61,360 bases of DNA from the NCBI GenBank assembly GCA_016200205.1, contig JACQFF010000088.1:1-61360 (forward strand), in the 5' to 3' direction. The position numbers and the translations under genes are program-made. The first letter of the stretch is position 1, and each line of letters begins with the position of its first letter. A model generated the notes under the pieces. It was given only the letters and a program-made list of their open reading frames with translations, did no database searches and was not told where the DNA came from. This DNA comes from Planctomycetia bacterium (GTDB taxonomy: Bacteria > Planctomycetota > Planctomycetia > Pirellulales > PALSA-1355). Positions 1 through 10,123 of this stretch are shown piece after piece.

Positions 1-950
1 CCCAATTCCAGGCTGAATTGCCTGCGGCGTACGACAGCCCTCGGTGCAGGGCTGGCAGCCCGTCAATTTAGTTAATCTTGTGCGTTCGTCGCAGTTCGTG
101 CCGGCCGCCGTTCGGCGAGAGCATCTAAAGGCCTGCTGGGCGTGTTCATTTTTACTTGCTCATCGATGATACCCGCCGACCGGTTACCGAAAAATCCGGG
201 GTCGAATCGGCGGCCTTTAGCCGGCCCGCCACCAGGGCAATAAATAACCCTGGCGATGACGAATTCCTTGCTGGAAGCCGCCCCCAGGGCATCATGTTGC
301 GCGCCGCTCCAGGAACACGAGTGGACGCATGGGCGGCCGCAGGGATTGCACATCTGTCGATGCAGGGCCCCCAAATCCCCTCAAAGGCTCGTATTGTTCC
401 TTTGGGGGGACTGCGCAGCAAACCAGGGATTACGCCGAGAAAAAATCGAGCCAAGCGAGGAGTGAGCGTAGCTGTTCAGGATGAAAAAACGAAACGTGAG
501 GGTGGCGTACTTGCCACGCCTTAATGGGTCGGCGGCGAACGGTGGTGTTGAGCTTGCCTTTTAAGTGCGCCCTAAGGTCGTGCTAATCGGCACATTCCGC
601 ACTGGGGTTGCCGTTAGTCGTCTTGGGCATTTGATTTGCAAACTCACTCGGCGATCGTGAAAATGCTCTTGGTTACGGCGATTTGACGAGGCGCCTAGCA
701 GACCAGCCGAAATCGATCTGATAAACTTAAGGATTGGATCGATCCGTTCGCTGCCGCCTTAGGGCGAGGCTTCCGATTCTCCGGGGGTTCTCGTCTGATG
801 TCTATCACGGCGGAATTATGCAATTCGAAAAGGGGACATTGTCACCCATGAGAACGGAGTGCGCGCTTCGGACGTTTAGGTTCCGCGGTATTGGCGCGCC
901 CAACACGATGGCCTCGTAACATCCGTCACGCCAGCACTTATCGACCGCGA

Positions 951-1511
951 ATGCCCATATTACCGAGCGAACCTGATATTTTTCCGGCCGAGTTGCTCGA
1001 TTGCCTGGACGCCGTGGAAGCTCCCGGCGGGCAATGGTGGGCGATGTATACGCTGGCGCGGCGTGAGAAGGAACTGATGCGGCGGCTGCGCGCCGTGGAA
1101 ATTCCGTTTTATTCGCCCCTCGTGCCGCGGCGCACCCGCTCGCCGGGTGGCCGGGTGCGCGAGAGCTTTGTGCCGTTGTTCGCCAGTTATGTGTTCGTCT
1201 ATGGCGATCAGCAGCAGCGCCACCAGGCCCTCACGACCAATTGCGTGTCGCGATGTTTGAGCGTGTCGGATGGCGGGCAACTCGTGCATGATTTACGCCA
1301 GATTCACCACCTGATCGAACTCGATGCTCCGCTGACGATTGAGGCCCGCATCGAGCCGGGCCAGCGCGTGCGAGTTCGATCGGGGTCGATGGCCGGGCTG
1401 GAGGGTACGGTTGTGAAGCGGCGCGGCAAGGATTGGCTGGTCGTGGCGGTCGAGTTCCTCCAGCAGGGTGCGTCGGTGCTATTGGAAGACTTTCAGGTGG
1501 AGCCCCTCTAA
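951..1511 (+). CDS. NusG-family (RfaH/UpxY-like) transcription antiterminator
   Basis: NGN domain (WWAMYTLARREK...VPLFASYVF) plus KOW motif (GQRVRVRSGSMAGLEG); first gene of a long glycan operon; ATG 951 preferred over TTG 891. Confidence 0.9.
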   Translation: MPILPSEPDIFPAELLDCLDAVEAPGGQWWAMYTLARREKELMRRLRAVEIPFYSPLVPRRTRSPGGRVRESFVPLFASYVFVYGDQQQRHQALTTNCVSRCLSVSDGGQLVHDLRQIHHLIELDAPLTIEARIEPGQRVRVRSGSMAGLEGTVVKRRGKDWLVVAVEFLQQGASVLLEDFQVEPL

Positions 1512-1733
1512 TGATGGCGGCGACACTGGTTTCAGCCTTACAATTGTTACATTTGTGTCCGCTCCCGCTCTCTGGTGACTTGCTAGCACCGGAGCCAGGA
1601 CGGGACCAGAATGCGTGCGTTTGATTGATCCGCGAGTGGTTGGAAGTTATGCTGCGAGGCAAGTGAGCAGGTTGATACACCGTCGCGTCATCCACATCCT
1701 GTTGACAGCCCGATTGGCACCTTGGCGAACCCC

Positions 1734-3683
1734 ATGAATACCGGTCTGTTTCCTCAACGCATGTCGAGCCGATCGTTCGCCGTGCTTCTGCTCCATGGGC
1801 TCGTCTTTGCCCTGGTCTACTGGTTGGCCTTCAGTGTTCGTTTCGAATTCGAACTCTCGCGAGAGGATTGGACTCTGCTGGCGATCACCGGGCCCGCCAT
1901 TGTGCTCATCAAGTCGATGGTCTTCTACTCGTTCGGGCATTGCCACCGCTCCTGGCATTATGTGTCGTTCTCGGACCTGGTTGCACTTTTGCGTTCGGCC
2001 ACAATTTCGGTGGTGATCGTTGCGGCGCTGGATGGGCTGCTCGTCAACACTTTTCATCCGCCCCGGCTCGTGTTGGCCATGGACTGGGCGTTGACGATTC
2101 TGGTGCTCGGCGGCCTGCAAGCCGTGAGTCGGCTGTCGCGAGAGGAGCTCAGTCCTCGCTTGTGGCGCACCACCTTCCGCAAAGCCCTGATCGTGGGTGC
2201 CAACCAGTCGGGTGAAACCCTGGCCCGGCATTTGATGGCCGACCATCGACTGAAGTACCTTGTGGCCGGATTTCTGGATCAGGATCCGGCGCGGCACGGC
2301 TCGACCGTCGGCGGCATTCCCGTGTTGGGCGATCCCCAGCGGGCCTTGAGCATTGCCCACGCTTTGGGCGTCGAAGACATTTTGGTGATCTCCGGCGTGT
2401 TGACCGGCGTTGAGCTGCGCGGCCTGATGGAAAACTGTTCTCAGTCGGGCGTGGCACTCAAAGTCATTCCGGCCTATGACGACCTGTTGGCAACCAGTTA
2501 CACGGCCCAGATTCGCGACGTCGATATCAACGACTTGCTGCGGCGCGAGCCGGTACAACTCAACAACGACGCGATCAGCACCCTGGTCGGCGGGCGGACC
2601 GTGCTGGTGACCGGGGCCGGCGGCAGCATCGGCTCGGAAATCTGCCGCCAAGTACTCAAGTTCCGGCCCAGCACGCTGGTCATGGTCGAGCGGTCCGAAA
2701 ACAGCCTGTTTCTGGTTGAGCAGGAGTTTCGCGCGCTGCGCACCGAAGCGCAAGTGATACCCTGTATCGCGGACATTACCGATTGCTCGCGCATCGACCA
2801 GATTTTCCGGCTTTACCGGCCGGCGGTCGTTTTCCATGCCGCCGCTCATAAGCACGTGCCGATGATGGAATACAACCCAGGCGAGGCAATCAAAAACAAC
2901 GTGCTGGGTACGCGCAGTCTGGCGGAACTGGCCGACCAGCACGGCGTCCAGGAGTTCGTGATGATCTCGACCGATAAGGCGGTCAATCCCACCAGCGTCA
3001 TGGGCGTCTCGAAGCAATTGGCCGAACGATTCGTGCACGCGTTTTCGGAAGTCGCCAACACCAAGTTTGTGGTCGTTCGCTTCGGCAACGTCTTGGCCTC
3101 CAATGGCAGCGTGGTGCCGATCTTCCAGGAACAAATTCGCCACGGCGGTCCGATCACGGTCACGCATCCCGAAATCGAACGCTTCTTTATGACTATTCCC
3201 GAAGCCTCGCAACTGGTGTTGCAGGCGGCCGCGATGGGCAAGGGCGGCGAAATCTTCGTGCTCGACATGGGTGAGTCGGTGCGGATCGTGGACCTGGCCC
3301 GAGACTTGATTCGCCTCTCGGGCCTGAACCCCGACGACATCGAAATCAAATTCACGGGCTTGCGGCCCGGCGAGAAGTTGTACGAAGAGCTGTACTTCGA
3401 AGATGAAGAGATGCAACCGACGCCGCATCCCAAGGTCTTTGTGGCGTATCACCGACCGTACAAGCTCGATGAAGTGCGCGACGCGATCGGCGCGCTGTTG
3501 GCCATGGCCCACGAATCTTCGAGCTTGCTGCGCTGCAAAATCAAGGAATTGGTGCCCGAGTACGAATCGCAGCCAGCCCCCGCGGCGCCAGTGGCGGAAG
3601 TGGCCGCCGGCCCGGAAGAAACCAACGGTGTCCATCTTCCGCAGCGCCGCACCAATCAACGCACCTCGGTAGCGGAAACGTAA
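1734..3683 (+). CDS. Membrane-bound UDP-GlcNAc 4,6-dehydratase (CapD/WbpM/PglF family)
   Basis: N-terminal TM helices; TGAGGSIGSE, HAAAHKHVP, STDKAVNPTSVMG, RFGNVL, GLRPGEKLYEEL motifs; start uncertain (1722/1734/1761). Confidence 0.93.
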   Translation: MNTGLFPQRMSSRSFAVLLLHGLVFALVYWLAFSVRFEFELSREDWTLLAITGPAIVLIKSMVFYSFGHCHRSWHYVSFSDLVALLRSATISVVIVAALDGLLVNTFHPPRLVLAMDWALTILVLGGLQAVSRLSREELSPRLWRTTFRKALIVGANQSGETLARHLMADHRLKYLVAGFLDQDPARHGSTVGGIPVLGDPQRALSIAHALGVEDILVISGVLTGVELRGLMENCSQSGVALKVIPAYDDLLATSYTAQIRDVDINDLLRREPVQLNNDAISTLVGGRTVLVTGAGGSIGSEICRQVLKFRPSTLVMVERSENSLFLVEQEFRALRTEAQVIPCIADITDCSRIDQIFRLYRPAVVFHAAAHKHVPMMEYNPGEAIKNNVLGTRSLAELADQHGVQEFVMISTDKAVNPTSVMGVSKQLAERFVHAFSEVANTKFVVVRFGNVLASNGSVVPIFQEQIRHGGPITVTHPEIERFFMTIPEASQLVLQAAAMGKGGEIFVLDMGESVRIVDLARDLIRLSGLNPDDIEIKFTGLRPGEKLYEELYFEDEEMQPTPHPKVFVAYHRPYKLDEVRDAIGALLAMAHESSSLLRCKIKELVPEYESQPAPAAPVAEVAAGPEETNGVHLPQRRTNQRTSVAET

Positions 3684-3718
3684 TCCTACGTTCGCCGCGT
3701 ACGCGCACTGTTTCGAGC

Positions 3719-4759
3719 GTGAAGTTTTCCATCGACCAGCGTGAAGTCGGACCAGGCCAGCCGTGCCTGGTGATTGCCGAAGTGGCCCAGGCCCACGACG
3801 GCAGTCTGGGGACAGCCCACGCCTATATTGACGCCGTGGCCCGCGCCGGCGCCGATGCGGTCAAGTTCCAAACCCACATCGCGGCCGCCGAATCGACCCC
3901 TGGCGAACCGTTTCGAGTCAAGTTCTCGCCACAGGACGCCACGCGCTACGACTATTGGAAGCGGATGGAGTTTACCGATCCCGAGTGGCAGGGACTTTTT
4001 CAGCACGCCCGCGATGCCGGGCTGATCTTCCTTTCCACGCCCTTTTCCTTCGAGGCCGTGGAATTGCTCGATCGCCTGGGCGTGCCGGCCTGGAAAATCG
4101 GTTCGGGTGAAGTGACCAACTTGCCGATGCTGGCGCGGATGGCCGCAACCGGCCGCGGGGTGATGATCTCCAGTGGGATGGCCTCGTGGGAAGAGCTCGA
4201 TTCCGCCGTGGCGACCGCGACCGCCGAAGGCGCACCCGTGGCGATGTTCCAATGTACGACCGCCTATCCTTGTCCCGCGGAACGCCTCGGGCTCAATGTG
4301 CTGGGCGAGTTGCGAGAGCGGTATCGCTGTCCCGTCGGTTTGTCGGATCACTCGGGCACGATCTACGCATCGCTCGCGGCGGTCGCGCTGGGGGCGAACC
4401 TGCTGGAAGTCCACGCGGTGTTGTCGCGCGAGTGTTTTGGGCCGGATGTGAAGGCGTCGCTCACGACCACCCAACTAGCCCAGTTGGTCGAGGGAGTGCG
4501 ATTTATCGAGCGCGCTTTGGCCTGTCCGCTCGACAAACAGCAAGTGGCCGGAGAAATGTCCGAGCTCAAAACCATGTTTGGCAAGAGCGTGGTGGTTGTC
4601 CGCGACCTGCCGGCGGGCCACCGGCTCGCGGCGGCGGATCTGGCGCTGAAGAAACCGGGCACGGGCATTCCGGCCGCGCGGCTCGGTGAGGTTGTCGGCC
4701 GGCGACTCACGCGGCCCGTGGCTGCCAATACTTTGCTTGCGGAGGACCACCTTGACTGA
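3719..4759 (+). CDS. neuB: Nonulosonic acid (N-acetylneuraminate-type) synthase with C-terminal SAF domain
   Basis: IAEVAQAHDGS, DAVKFQ, STPF, KIGSGE, GLSDHS motifs; KKPGTGI SAF domain. Confidence 0.93.
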   Translation: MKFSIDQREVGPGQPCLVIAEVAQAHDGSLGTAHAYIDAVARAGADAVKFQTHIAAAESTPGEPFRVKFSPQDATRYDYWKRMEFTDPEWQGLFQHARDAGLIFLSTPFSFEAVELLDRLGVPAWKIGSGEVTNLPMLARMAATGRGVMISSGMASWEELDSAVATATAEGAPVAMFQCTTAYPCPAERLGLNVLGELRERYRCPVGLSDHSGTIYASLAAVALGANLLEVHAVLSRECFGPDVKASLTTTQLAQLVEGVRFIERALACPLDKQQVAGEMSELKTMFGKSVVVVRDLPAGHRLAAADLALKKPGTGIPAARLGEVVGRRLTRPVAANTLLAEDHLD

Positions 4760-5921
4760 ACAACGTCGCAGAAAAGTGTGCGTGGTGCTGGTTGATCGCG
4801 CCAACTACGGGCGCATGAAACCGGTGATGCGGGCCGTCGAGCAGCGCCCCAGCCTGCAGTTGCAGGTGCTGGCGACCGGCACGATGGTGCTGGAGCGTTT
4901 CGACCAGCCGGTGCGCGTCGTGCGCGAAGATGGTTTTCAAGTCGATGGCGAGATTTACATTGAGCTGGAAGGCTCGACGCCCACGACCATGGCCAAGAGC
5001 ATCGGCTTTGGGCTCGTCGAGTTCGCCAGCGAGTTTCACCGCCTCAAGCCCGACGTCGTCGTCTTGATCGGCGATCGCTACGAAGCCCTGGCGGCCGCGA
5101 TCGCTGCGGCCTACATGAACATTACGCTGGTCCACATCCAGGGAGGCGAGGTCAGTGGATCGATCGACGAAAGCGCGCGACACGCCATTTCGAAATTCGC
5201 TCATTTTCATTTTCCCTCGACTCTGCGGGCCGCCGAGTACCTGATCCGCATGGGGGAACGAAAGGATACAATCCTGGGCATTGGCTGCCCCAGCAGCGAC
5301 ATTGCCCGTTCGCTCTCGCGGCAACTCGCGCCGGAAGTGGTCAATGCACGGGGCGCCGGAGTCGAAATCGACGTCAACAAGCCGTTTTTGCTGGTCGTGT
5401 TCCATCCCACCACGACCGAATATGGGGGCGAGCAGCGGCAAATGCAAATCCTGCTCTCGGCCCTCGACTTGCTGCGGATACAGGCGCTGTTCCTGTGGCC
5501 CAATATCGATGCCGGTTCGGACCACATCAGCAAGGTGATCCGCATTCATCGCGCGCAAGCCCAAACGCAATGGATGCGGACGATGACCAATTTGACTCCC
5601 GAAAACTATCTGAAAGTCTTGGCCACCGCGGCCTGCGCGGTAGGAAATTCCAGCAGCTTCGTCCGCGATGCCGGCTATTTCGGCACGCCGGTGGTGCTGG
5701 TCGGAAATCGGCAGAACGGCCGGGAAACCGACGACCACGCGACCCGCGTGCCGGTTGAAATGGACACGATCGTCTCGGCAATCAAGAACCAGCTTGCGCA
5801 TGGGCGGTACGCGCCCAGCACGCTCTACGGCGACGGCCGCGTCTCGGAGCGGATCGCCGCGGCACTGGAAAACTTGACTCCCTATTTGCAGAAGCAACTC
5901 GCGTTTACGCTGGCCGAGTGA
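4752..5921 (+). CDS. neuC: UDP-N-acetylglucosamine 2-epimerase, hydrolysing
   Basis: RANYG, IGDRYE, HIQGGEVSGSIDE, FHPTT, WPNIDAG, GNSSS, YGDG; TTG start at 4752 with GGAGGA RBS, overlapping the end of neuB. Confidence 0.92.
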   Translation: MTEQRRRKVCVVLVDRANYGRMKPVMRAVEQRPSLQLQVLATGTMVLERFDQPVRVVREDGFQVDGEIYIELEGSTPTTMAKSIGFGLVEFASEFHRLKPDVVVLIGDRYEALAAAIAAAYMNITLVHIQGGEVSGSIDESARHAISKFAHFHFPSTLRAAEYLIRMGERKDTILGIGCPSSDIARSLSRQLAPEVVNARGAGVEIDVNKPFLLVVFHPTTTEYGGEQRQMQILLSALDLLRIQALFLWPNIDAGSDHISKVIRIHRAQAQTQWMRTMTNLTPENYLKVLATAACAVGNSSSFVRDAGYFGTPVVLVGNRQNGRETDDHATRVPVEMDTIVSAIKNQLAHGRYAPSTLYGDGRVSERIAAALENLTPYLQKQLAFTLAE

Positions 5922-5984
5922 CGGTAGCCTGCTCGCGCGAGCATGGCGCCCAGTTTCTCCGTTCGGACGGATACCCACATCTCA

Positions 5985-6968
5985 ATGCTCCCCCGCATCT
6001 TGATTGCCGAGCCGTTGGACTTCAGTCCCGAGGCCGTGCGCCTGCTCGAAACCTCTGCCGAGGTGACGTTGCGGGCCACGGATCGCGCGGGGCTCGCCGC
6101 GGCGTTTCGCGACTTCGACGTGGTCTGGTTTCGTCTGGGCCATCGCGTCGATCGAGAGCTGCTCGCGGGACCGCTGCGCTGCCGTATCCTGGCGACGCCG
6201 GTTACGGGGCTGGACCACATCGACCTGGCTGCTTGCGGCGAGCGTGGCATCCGAGTGGTAAGCTTGCGCGGCGAAACCCGCTTTCTGGAACAGGTGCGCG
6301 GTACGGCCGAACTGACGCTGGCCCTGACGTTGGCCCTGCTGCGGCGCATCCACGCGGCCGCGGCCGATGTGGAGCGTGGCGGTTGGAATCGCGATTCGTT
6401 CCGCGGGCGCGAGCTGTTCTCTCGCACCGTGGGCCTGGTTGGCGTGGGACGCTTGGGGCGAATCGTGGCGAGCTATTTCCGGGCATTCGGCATGGACGTG
6501 GCCGGCTACGATCCTCGGCCGGACTTCCCATACGACGCGGCCCGGCGGGTCGAGTCGCTGGTGGATCTGCTGGCGCAGTCCGACGTGGTCAGCATGCACG
6601 TTTCCTACGATGCCTCGACGCGGCACCTGATTGGGCGAAAGGAATTGGCTGCGATCAAGCCTGGCGCGGTGTTGGTCAACACTTCGCGAGGCGGTCTCGT
6701 CGATGAGTCTGCACTTTTGGAATCTCTCCAATCGGGAACTCTCGCCGGCGCCGCGCTCGACGTGCTCGATGGCGAGCCGCGAATTACCACCGAGCACCCG
6801 TTGGTGGCCTATGCGCGAAGTTGTGACCGGCTGCTGATCGTGCCGCACATCGGCGGCAATACCGTGGAGTCGTTCGAGAAGACCGAGTACTACCTTGCTG
6901 GGCGCGTGATCGAGACACTCGCGTCGCTGGCGCTGGTTGATTGCTCGTCGGCGGGATCAATCGAGTGA
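5985..6968 (+). CDS. D-isomer-specific 2-hydroxyacid dehydrogenase (SerA-like)
   Basis: GLVGVGRLG Rossmann motif, NTSRGG, LDVLDGEP, PHIGG; alternative start 5943. Confidence 0.9.
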   Translation: MLPRILIAEPLDFSPEAVRLLETSAEVTLRATDRAGLAAAFRDFDVVWFRLGHRVDRELLAGPLRCRILATPVTGLDHIDLAACGERGIRVVSLRGETRFLEQVRGTAELTLALTLALLRRIHAAAADVERGGWNRDSFRGRELFSRTVGLVGVGRLGRIVASYFRAFGMDVAGYDPRPDFPYDAARRVESLVDLLAQSDVVSMHVSYDASTRHLIGRKELAAIKPGAVLVNTSRGGLVDESALLESLQSGTLAGAALDVLDGEPRITTEHPLVAYARSCDRLLIVPHIGGNTVESFEKTEYYLAGRVIETLASLALVDCSSAGSIE

Positions 6969-7675
6969 CGGTGTCCCCAACCACCTTGGGCATTATTCCG
7001 GCTCGCGGCGGGTCAAAGCGACTGCCGCGGAAGAACATGCGATTACTCGGCGGCAAGCCGCTCGTGGCGTGGGCCATCGAGGCGGCGCGGGGGGCTCGGC
7101 GTCTGGCCCGCCTGGTTGTATCGAGTGACGATCCTGAGGTGCTCGACGTGGCGCGGAGCTACGATCCGCGACTGGCGCTTGAGCGTCCCGCCGAAATCTC
7201 AGGCGACGAATCGCCGGCCATCGACTATGTGCGGCATGCCCTGGCCGAGTCGGAAGGCATGGGCCAGGGGCCCTTTGATGCTATTGTAATCCTGCAGCCC
7301 AGTTCCCCGTTTACGCTCTCGACAGATATCGACGCCACGGTCGACCTGCTGGACTCATCGGGGGCCGACTCGGCCGTGAGCGTGATGCACCTTGATCACG
7401 CCGTTCACCCGTTTAAGATGAAAGTCCTCGTCGGGAACCGCCTGTTGCCTTACCTGGAAGACGAGCGCGGACGCATGGCCGCTCACGAACTGCCGGACAT
7501 CTACGTTCGCAATTGCTCGGTCTACGCCACGCGGCGCAACTCGGTAGAGCGGGGCCAGATGATCGGCGATGACTGCCGCGGTTACGTCATGCCGCGCGAG
7601 CGGTCGTTGGACATCAACGAGGAGCTGGACTTATTGTTCGCGGAATTTCTCTTGTCGCGAAAGGGCCCTGGCTGA
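6965..7675 (+). CDS. neuA: Acylneuraminate cytidylyltransferase (CMP-nonulosonate synthetase)
   Basis: IIPARGGSKRLPRKN, LQPSSP, SLDIN motifs; GTGA overlap with upstream stop. Confidence 0.92.
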   Translation: MTVSPTTLGIIPARGGSKRLPRKNMRLLGGKPLVAWAIEAARGARRLARLVVSSDDPEVLDVARSYDPRLALERPAEISGDESPAIDYVRHALAESEGMGQGPFDAIVILQPSSPFTLSTDIDATVDLLDSSGADSAVSVMHLDHAVHPFKMKVLVGNRLLPYLEDERGRMAAHELPDIYVRNCSVYATRRNSVERGQMIGDDCRGYVMPRERSLDINEELDLLFAEFLLSRKGPG

Positions 7676-7686
7676 GACGCCGATCG

Positions 7687-9156
7687 ATGTTCCGCAAGTT
7701 ATTGAGTTTGCTTTCCGACGTGGCCGTGTATGGCATCAGCAGCTTGTTGAGCCAGCTCATCGGGTTTTTGCTGCTGCCGGTTTACACGCGGTTCCTGACG
7801 CCTGACGACTTCGGCGTGATCGGGATGCTCAGTATCGTGACGCTGTTGTTCGGTCCCCTGGCCAACCTGGGAATGACCAACGCGATCTTCCGCAGGTTCA
7901 GTTTCGAAAAGGACGAAAAGGTCCGCAGCCAGGTGCTCAGCACGGGCCTGTGCAGCGTCGCGATTTCGTCGCTGTTGCTGCTGACGGTCTCCTTTATTTT
8001 CGCGGAAGCGATCTCTCGCCTGACCGTAGGTAACGCGGACGCGACCCACCTGGTTCGCCTGAGCCTTCTGAGCGCGGCGGCCACGACGATCGGCGTCGTT
8101 CCACTCTCGATATTGCGGGCTGGCCGGCGCGTGAAGACCACCGCCACGGTCAATGTTTCGAAATTGTTGATCTCCGTCTGCTGCACGATTTGGCTGGTGG
8201 TTGTACTTGGAAAAGGAGTGTGGGGCGTGGTGGTCGGCACGCTCGTCGGCGAAGTGACGATGGCGGTCGTGCAGCTCGCGATGACGCTCCGCTCTTTTCG
8301 CTCGGCCGCGAATCTGGCGACCTGGAAGCGCATGGCGTCCTACGGGCTGCCATTCGTTCCGCATCACGTGCAAGCGGTGGCCTTGGGCCTGTTTGGACAG
8401 TATATGGTGCGTGAGATGTTGGGGCTCGCCGAAACCGGGCTGTACCTCGTGGCGGCCAGGTTCGCCTTGCCCGTGAGCTTCGTCGTCAACGCCGTGCAAA
8501 ATTCCTGGGTGGCCTACAAATTCCAAATTCACGCCGAGGACCGGGATGCAAAATCATTCTTCGCCTCCACCCTCACGTACTACGTCGCCGGGCTCTCTTA
8601 CCTGTGGGTAGGAGTTTCCTTGTGGGGGCCCGAGATGGTGCGGCTGATGACGGCGCCCAACTTTCACGAGGCGTCCCGGCTGGTGTGGGCACTGACGCTC
8701 ATCCCCGTTGCTCAGGGGATTTACTATATGGCGGGAACCGGCCTGGAATTGAGCGACAACACGCGGCACTATCCGTTGGTCTCTCTAGCGGGCCTGGTGA
8801 CTGTCGTCGCCGGGGCATTCCCTTGGATTCGGCATATGGGAGCGCTTGGAGCAGCCCTGGACACGGCGCTGGGGTGGATCGTCATGGGCGTGGCGATCTA
8901 TTACTTTTCTCAACGGCGAGTTGCCATCGCCTATGATTGGCTCACGATAGGCTGTTTTGCGCTTGCCGCGGTGATGTGCGTGACCTTAGGCGGCATCGTG
9001 CAAAATCTACCGCTCTTGCCGCGGTTGGCCTGTGCGACCGGCGTTTCATTGGCTTTTCCGCTGGTCGGCTTTACGTTTTTGCTCCGCTCGCGCGACGAGC
9101 GGCATCGTATGCTCTATTTACTGACGAAGTTCCGATTAGCGACCTCGAATAGGTAG
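7687..9156 (+). CDS. wzx: Wzx-type oligosaccharide flippase
   Basis: Many hydrophobic segments; LLLPVYTRFLTPDDFG N-terminus typical of polysaccharide flippases. Confidence 0.88.
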   Translation: MFRKLLSLLSDVAVYGISSLLSQLIGFLLLPVYTRFLTPDDFGVIGMLSIVTLLFGPLANLGMTNAIFRRFSFEKDEKVRSQVLSTGLCSVAISSLLLLTVSFIFAEAISRLTVGNADATHLVRLSLLSAAATTIGVVPLSILRAGRRVKTTATVNVSKLLISVCCTIWLVVVLGKGVWGVVVGTLVGEVTMAVVQLAMTLRSFRSAANLATWKRMASYGLPFVPHHVQAVALGLFGQYMVREMLGLAETGLYLVAARFALPVSFVVNAVQNSWVAYKFQIHAEDRDAKSFFASTLTYYVAGLSYLWVGVSLWGPEMVRLMTAPNFHEASRLVWALTLIPVAQGIYYMAGTGLELSDNTRHYPLVSLAGLVTVVAGAFPWIRHMGALGAALDTALGWIVMGVAIYYFSQRRVAIAYDWLTIGCFALAAVMCVTLGGIVQNLPLLPRLACATGVSLAFPLVGFTFLLRSRDERHRMLYLLTKFRLATSNR

Positions 9157-9159
9157 ACA

Positions 9160-10101
9160 ATGGGTTTTTCGGATTACGTCCTTTATCGCGTGGCGAAGAA
9201 CTGGCCGTCGCCGATGGCCAAACTGGTCCGCGAACTTAATGCCGAGCCTGGCACCGAAGCCTATGACATGGCCTACGCGCAGCGTCAGTTCGATTGGAAA
9301 GTGCGGCACGGCATGCTCCGCGAAGTGACCGGGCTCGACGTGTTGGAGATCGGAGCGGGACATGGAGGCATTTCTTGTTTCATGGCCGCCGTCGGCGCGC
9401 GCAGCGTGGTGGGCATCGATCTCAACACAAAGCACCTCGAATTTGCTCGCCGATTCGCCAAGTTGGTTTCCGCGCGCTACTCGTCCGATTACGAGTTGCC
9501 GGTTACGTTCGTGGAGATGAGTGCCGACCGGATGACCTTTCCCGACGAGCAGTTCGACCTCGTGCTGGCCGACAACGTGTTCGAGCACTTCGCGGATCCC
9601 GAGGCGGTCATGAGAGACGCCTACCGGGTGTTGCGCCCCGGCGGGGGATTGCTTGTTCCCGTGTTCTCGTCGATCTTGAGTAAATACGGATTTCATTTAA
9701 AGCACGGCCTCAAGCTGCCCTGGGTCCACTTGTTCTTTTCCGAACGAACCATCATTCGCGTGATGCGCCGACTGGCTAAAACGGATCCCAAACTGTTCGA
9801 GCTGTATCCCGGCCTGGCGGACAATCCACAACGCGTCCGCGACCTGCGGCGCTACAAGGATCTGAACGACATTACCTATCGTAAATTCAAAGCGATGGCC
9901 ATGCGGGTCGGTTTTAGTATCGAGTCGTTCTCGCCGTTCGGCACGCGACTCGGCAAAGTCGTGCAACGCATACCGCCGCTGCGCAATTCAAGGATCATGG
10001 ACATCCTATCAACGGGTGCCTCGGCGTACTTGCGAAAACCGGCGAAGGCGTCCACTGTTGGTACCGAGCAACCCACGAGCATCGAGCATCAGATCGCCTA
10101 G
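9160..10101 (+). CDS. Class I SAM-dependent methyltransferase
   Basis: VLEIGAGHGG, FDLV, FEH, RVLRPGG motifs. Confidence 0.88.
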   Translation: MGFSDYVLYRVAKNWPSPMAKLVRELNAEPGTEAYDMAYAQRQFDWKVRHGMLREVTGLDVLEIGAGHGGISCFMAAVGARSVVGIDLNTKHLEFARRFAKLVSARYSSDYELPVTFVEMSADRMTFPDEQFDLVLADNVFEHFADPEAVMRDAYRVLRPGGGLLVPVFSSILSKYGFHLKHGLKLPWVHLFFSERTIIRVMRRLAKTDPKLFELYPGLADNPQRVRDLRRYKDLNDITYRKFKAMAMRVGFSIESFSPFGTRLGKVVQRIPPLRNSRIMDILSTGASAYLRKPAKASTVGTEQPTSIEHQIA

Positions 10102-10123
10102 CGCGTGATTTGGATCAGCAACG

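Noticed and set aside
72-524. Short ORFs at the window start
   Set aside because: Overlap on both strands, no motifs, no clear RBS
1702-1707. TTGACA upstream of the dehydratase gene
   Set aside because: No plausible -10 box at 16-18 nt spacing
1647-3659. Long antisense ORFs (also 22912-24816, 26639-28420, 28077-29918 and others)
   Set aside because: Shadows of high-GC sense genes with no recognisable motifs
5920-5931. ops-like GACGGTAGCCTG
   Set aside because: One mismatch to the enterobacterial ops, 5 kb inside the operon and overlapping a repeat remnant; probably chance
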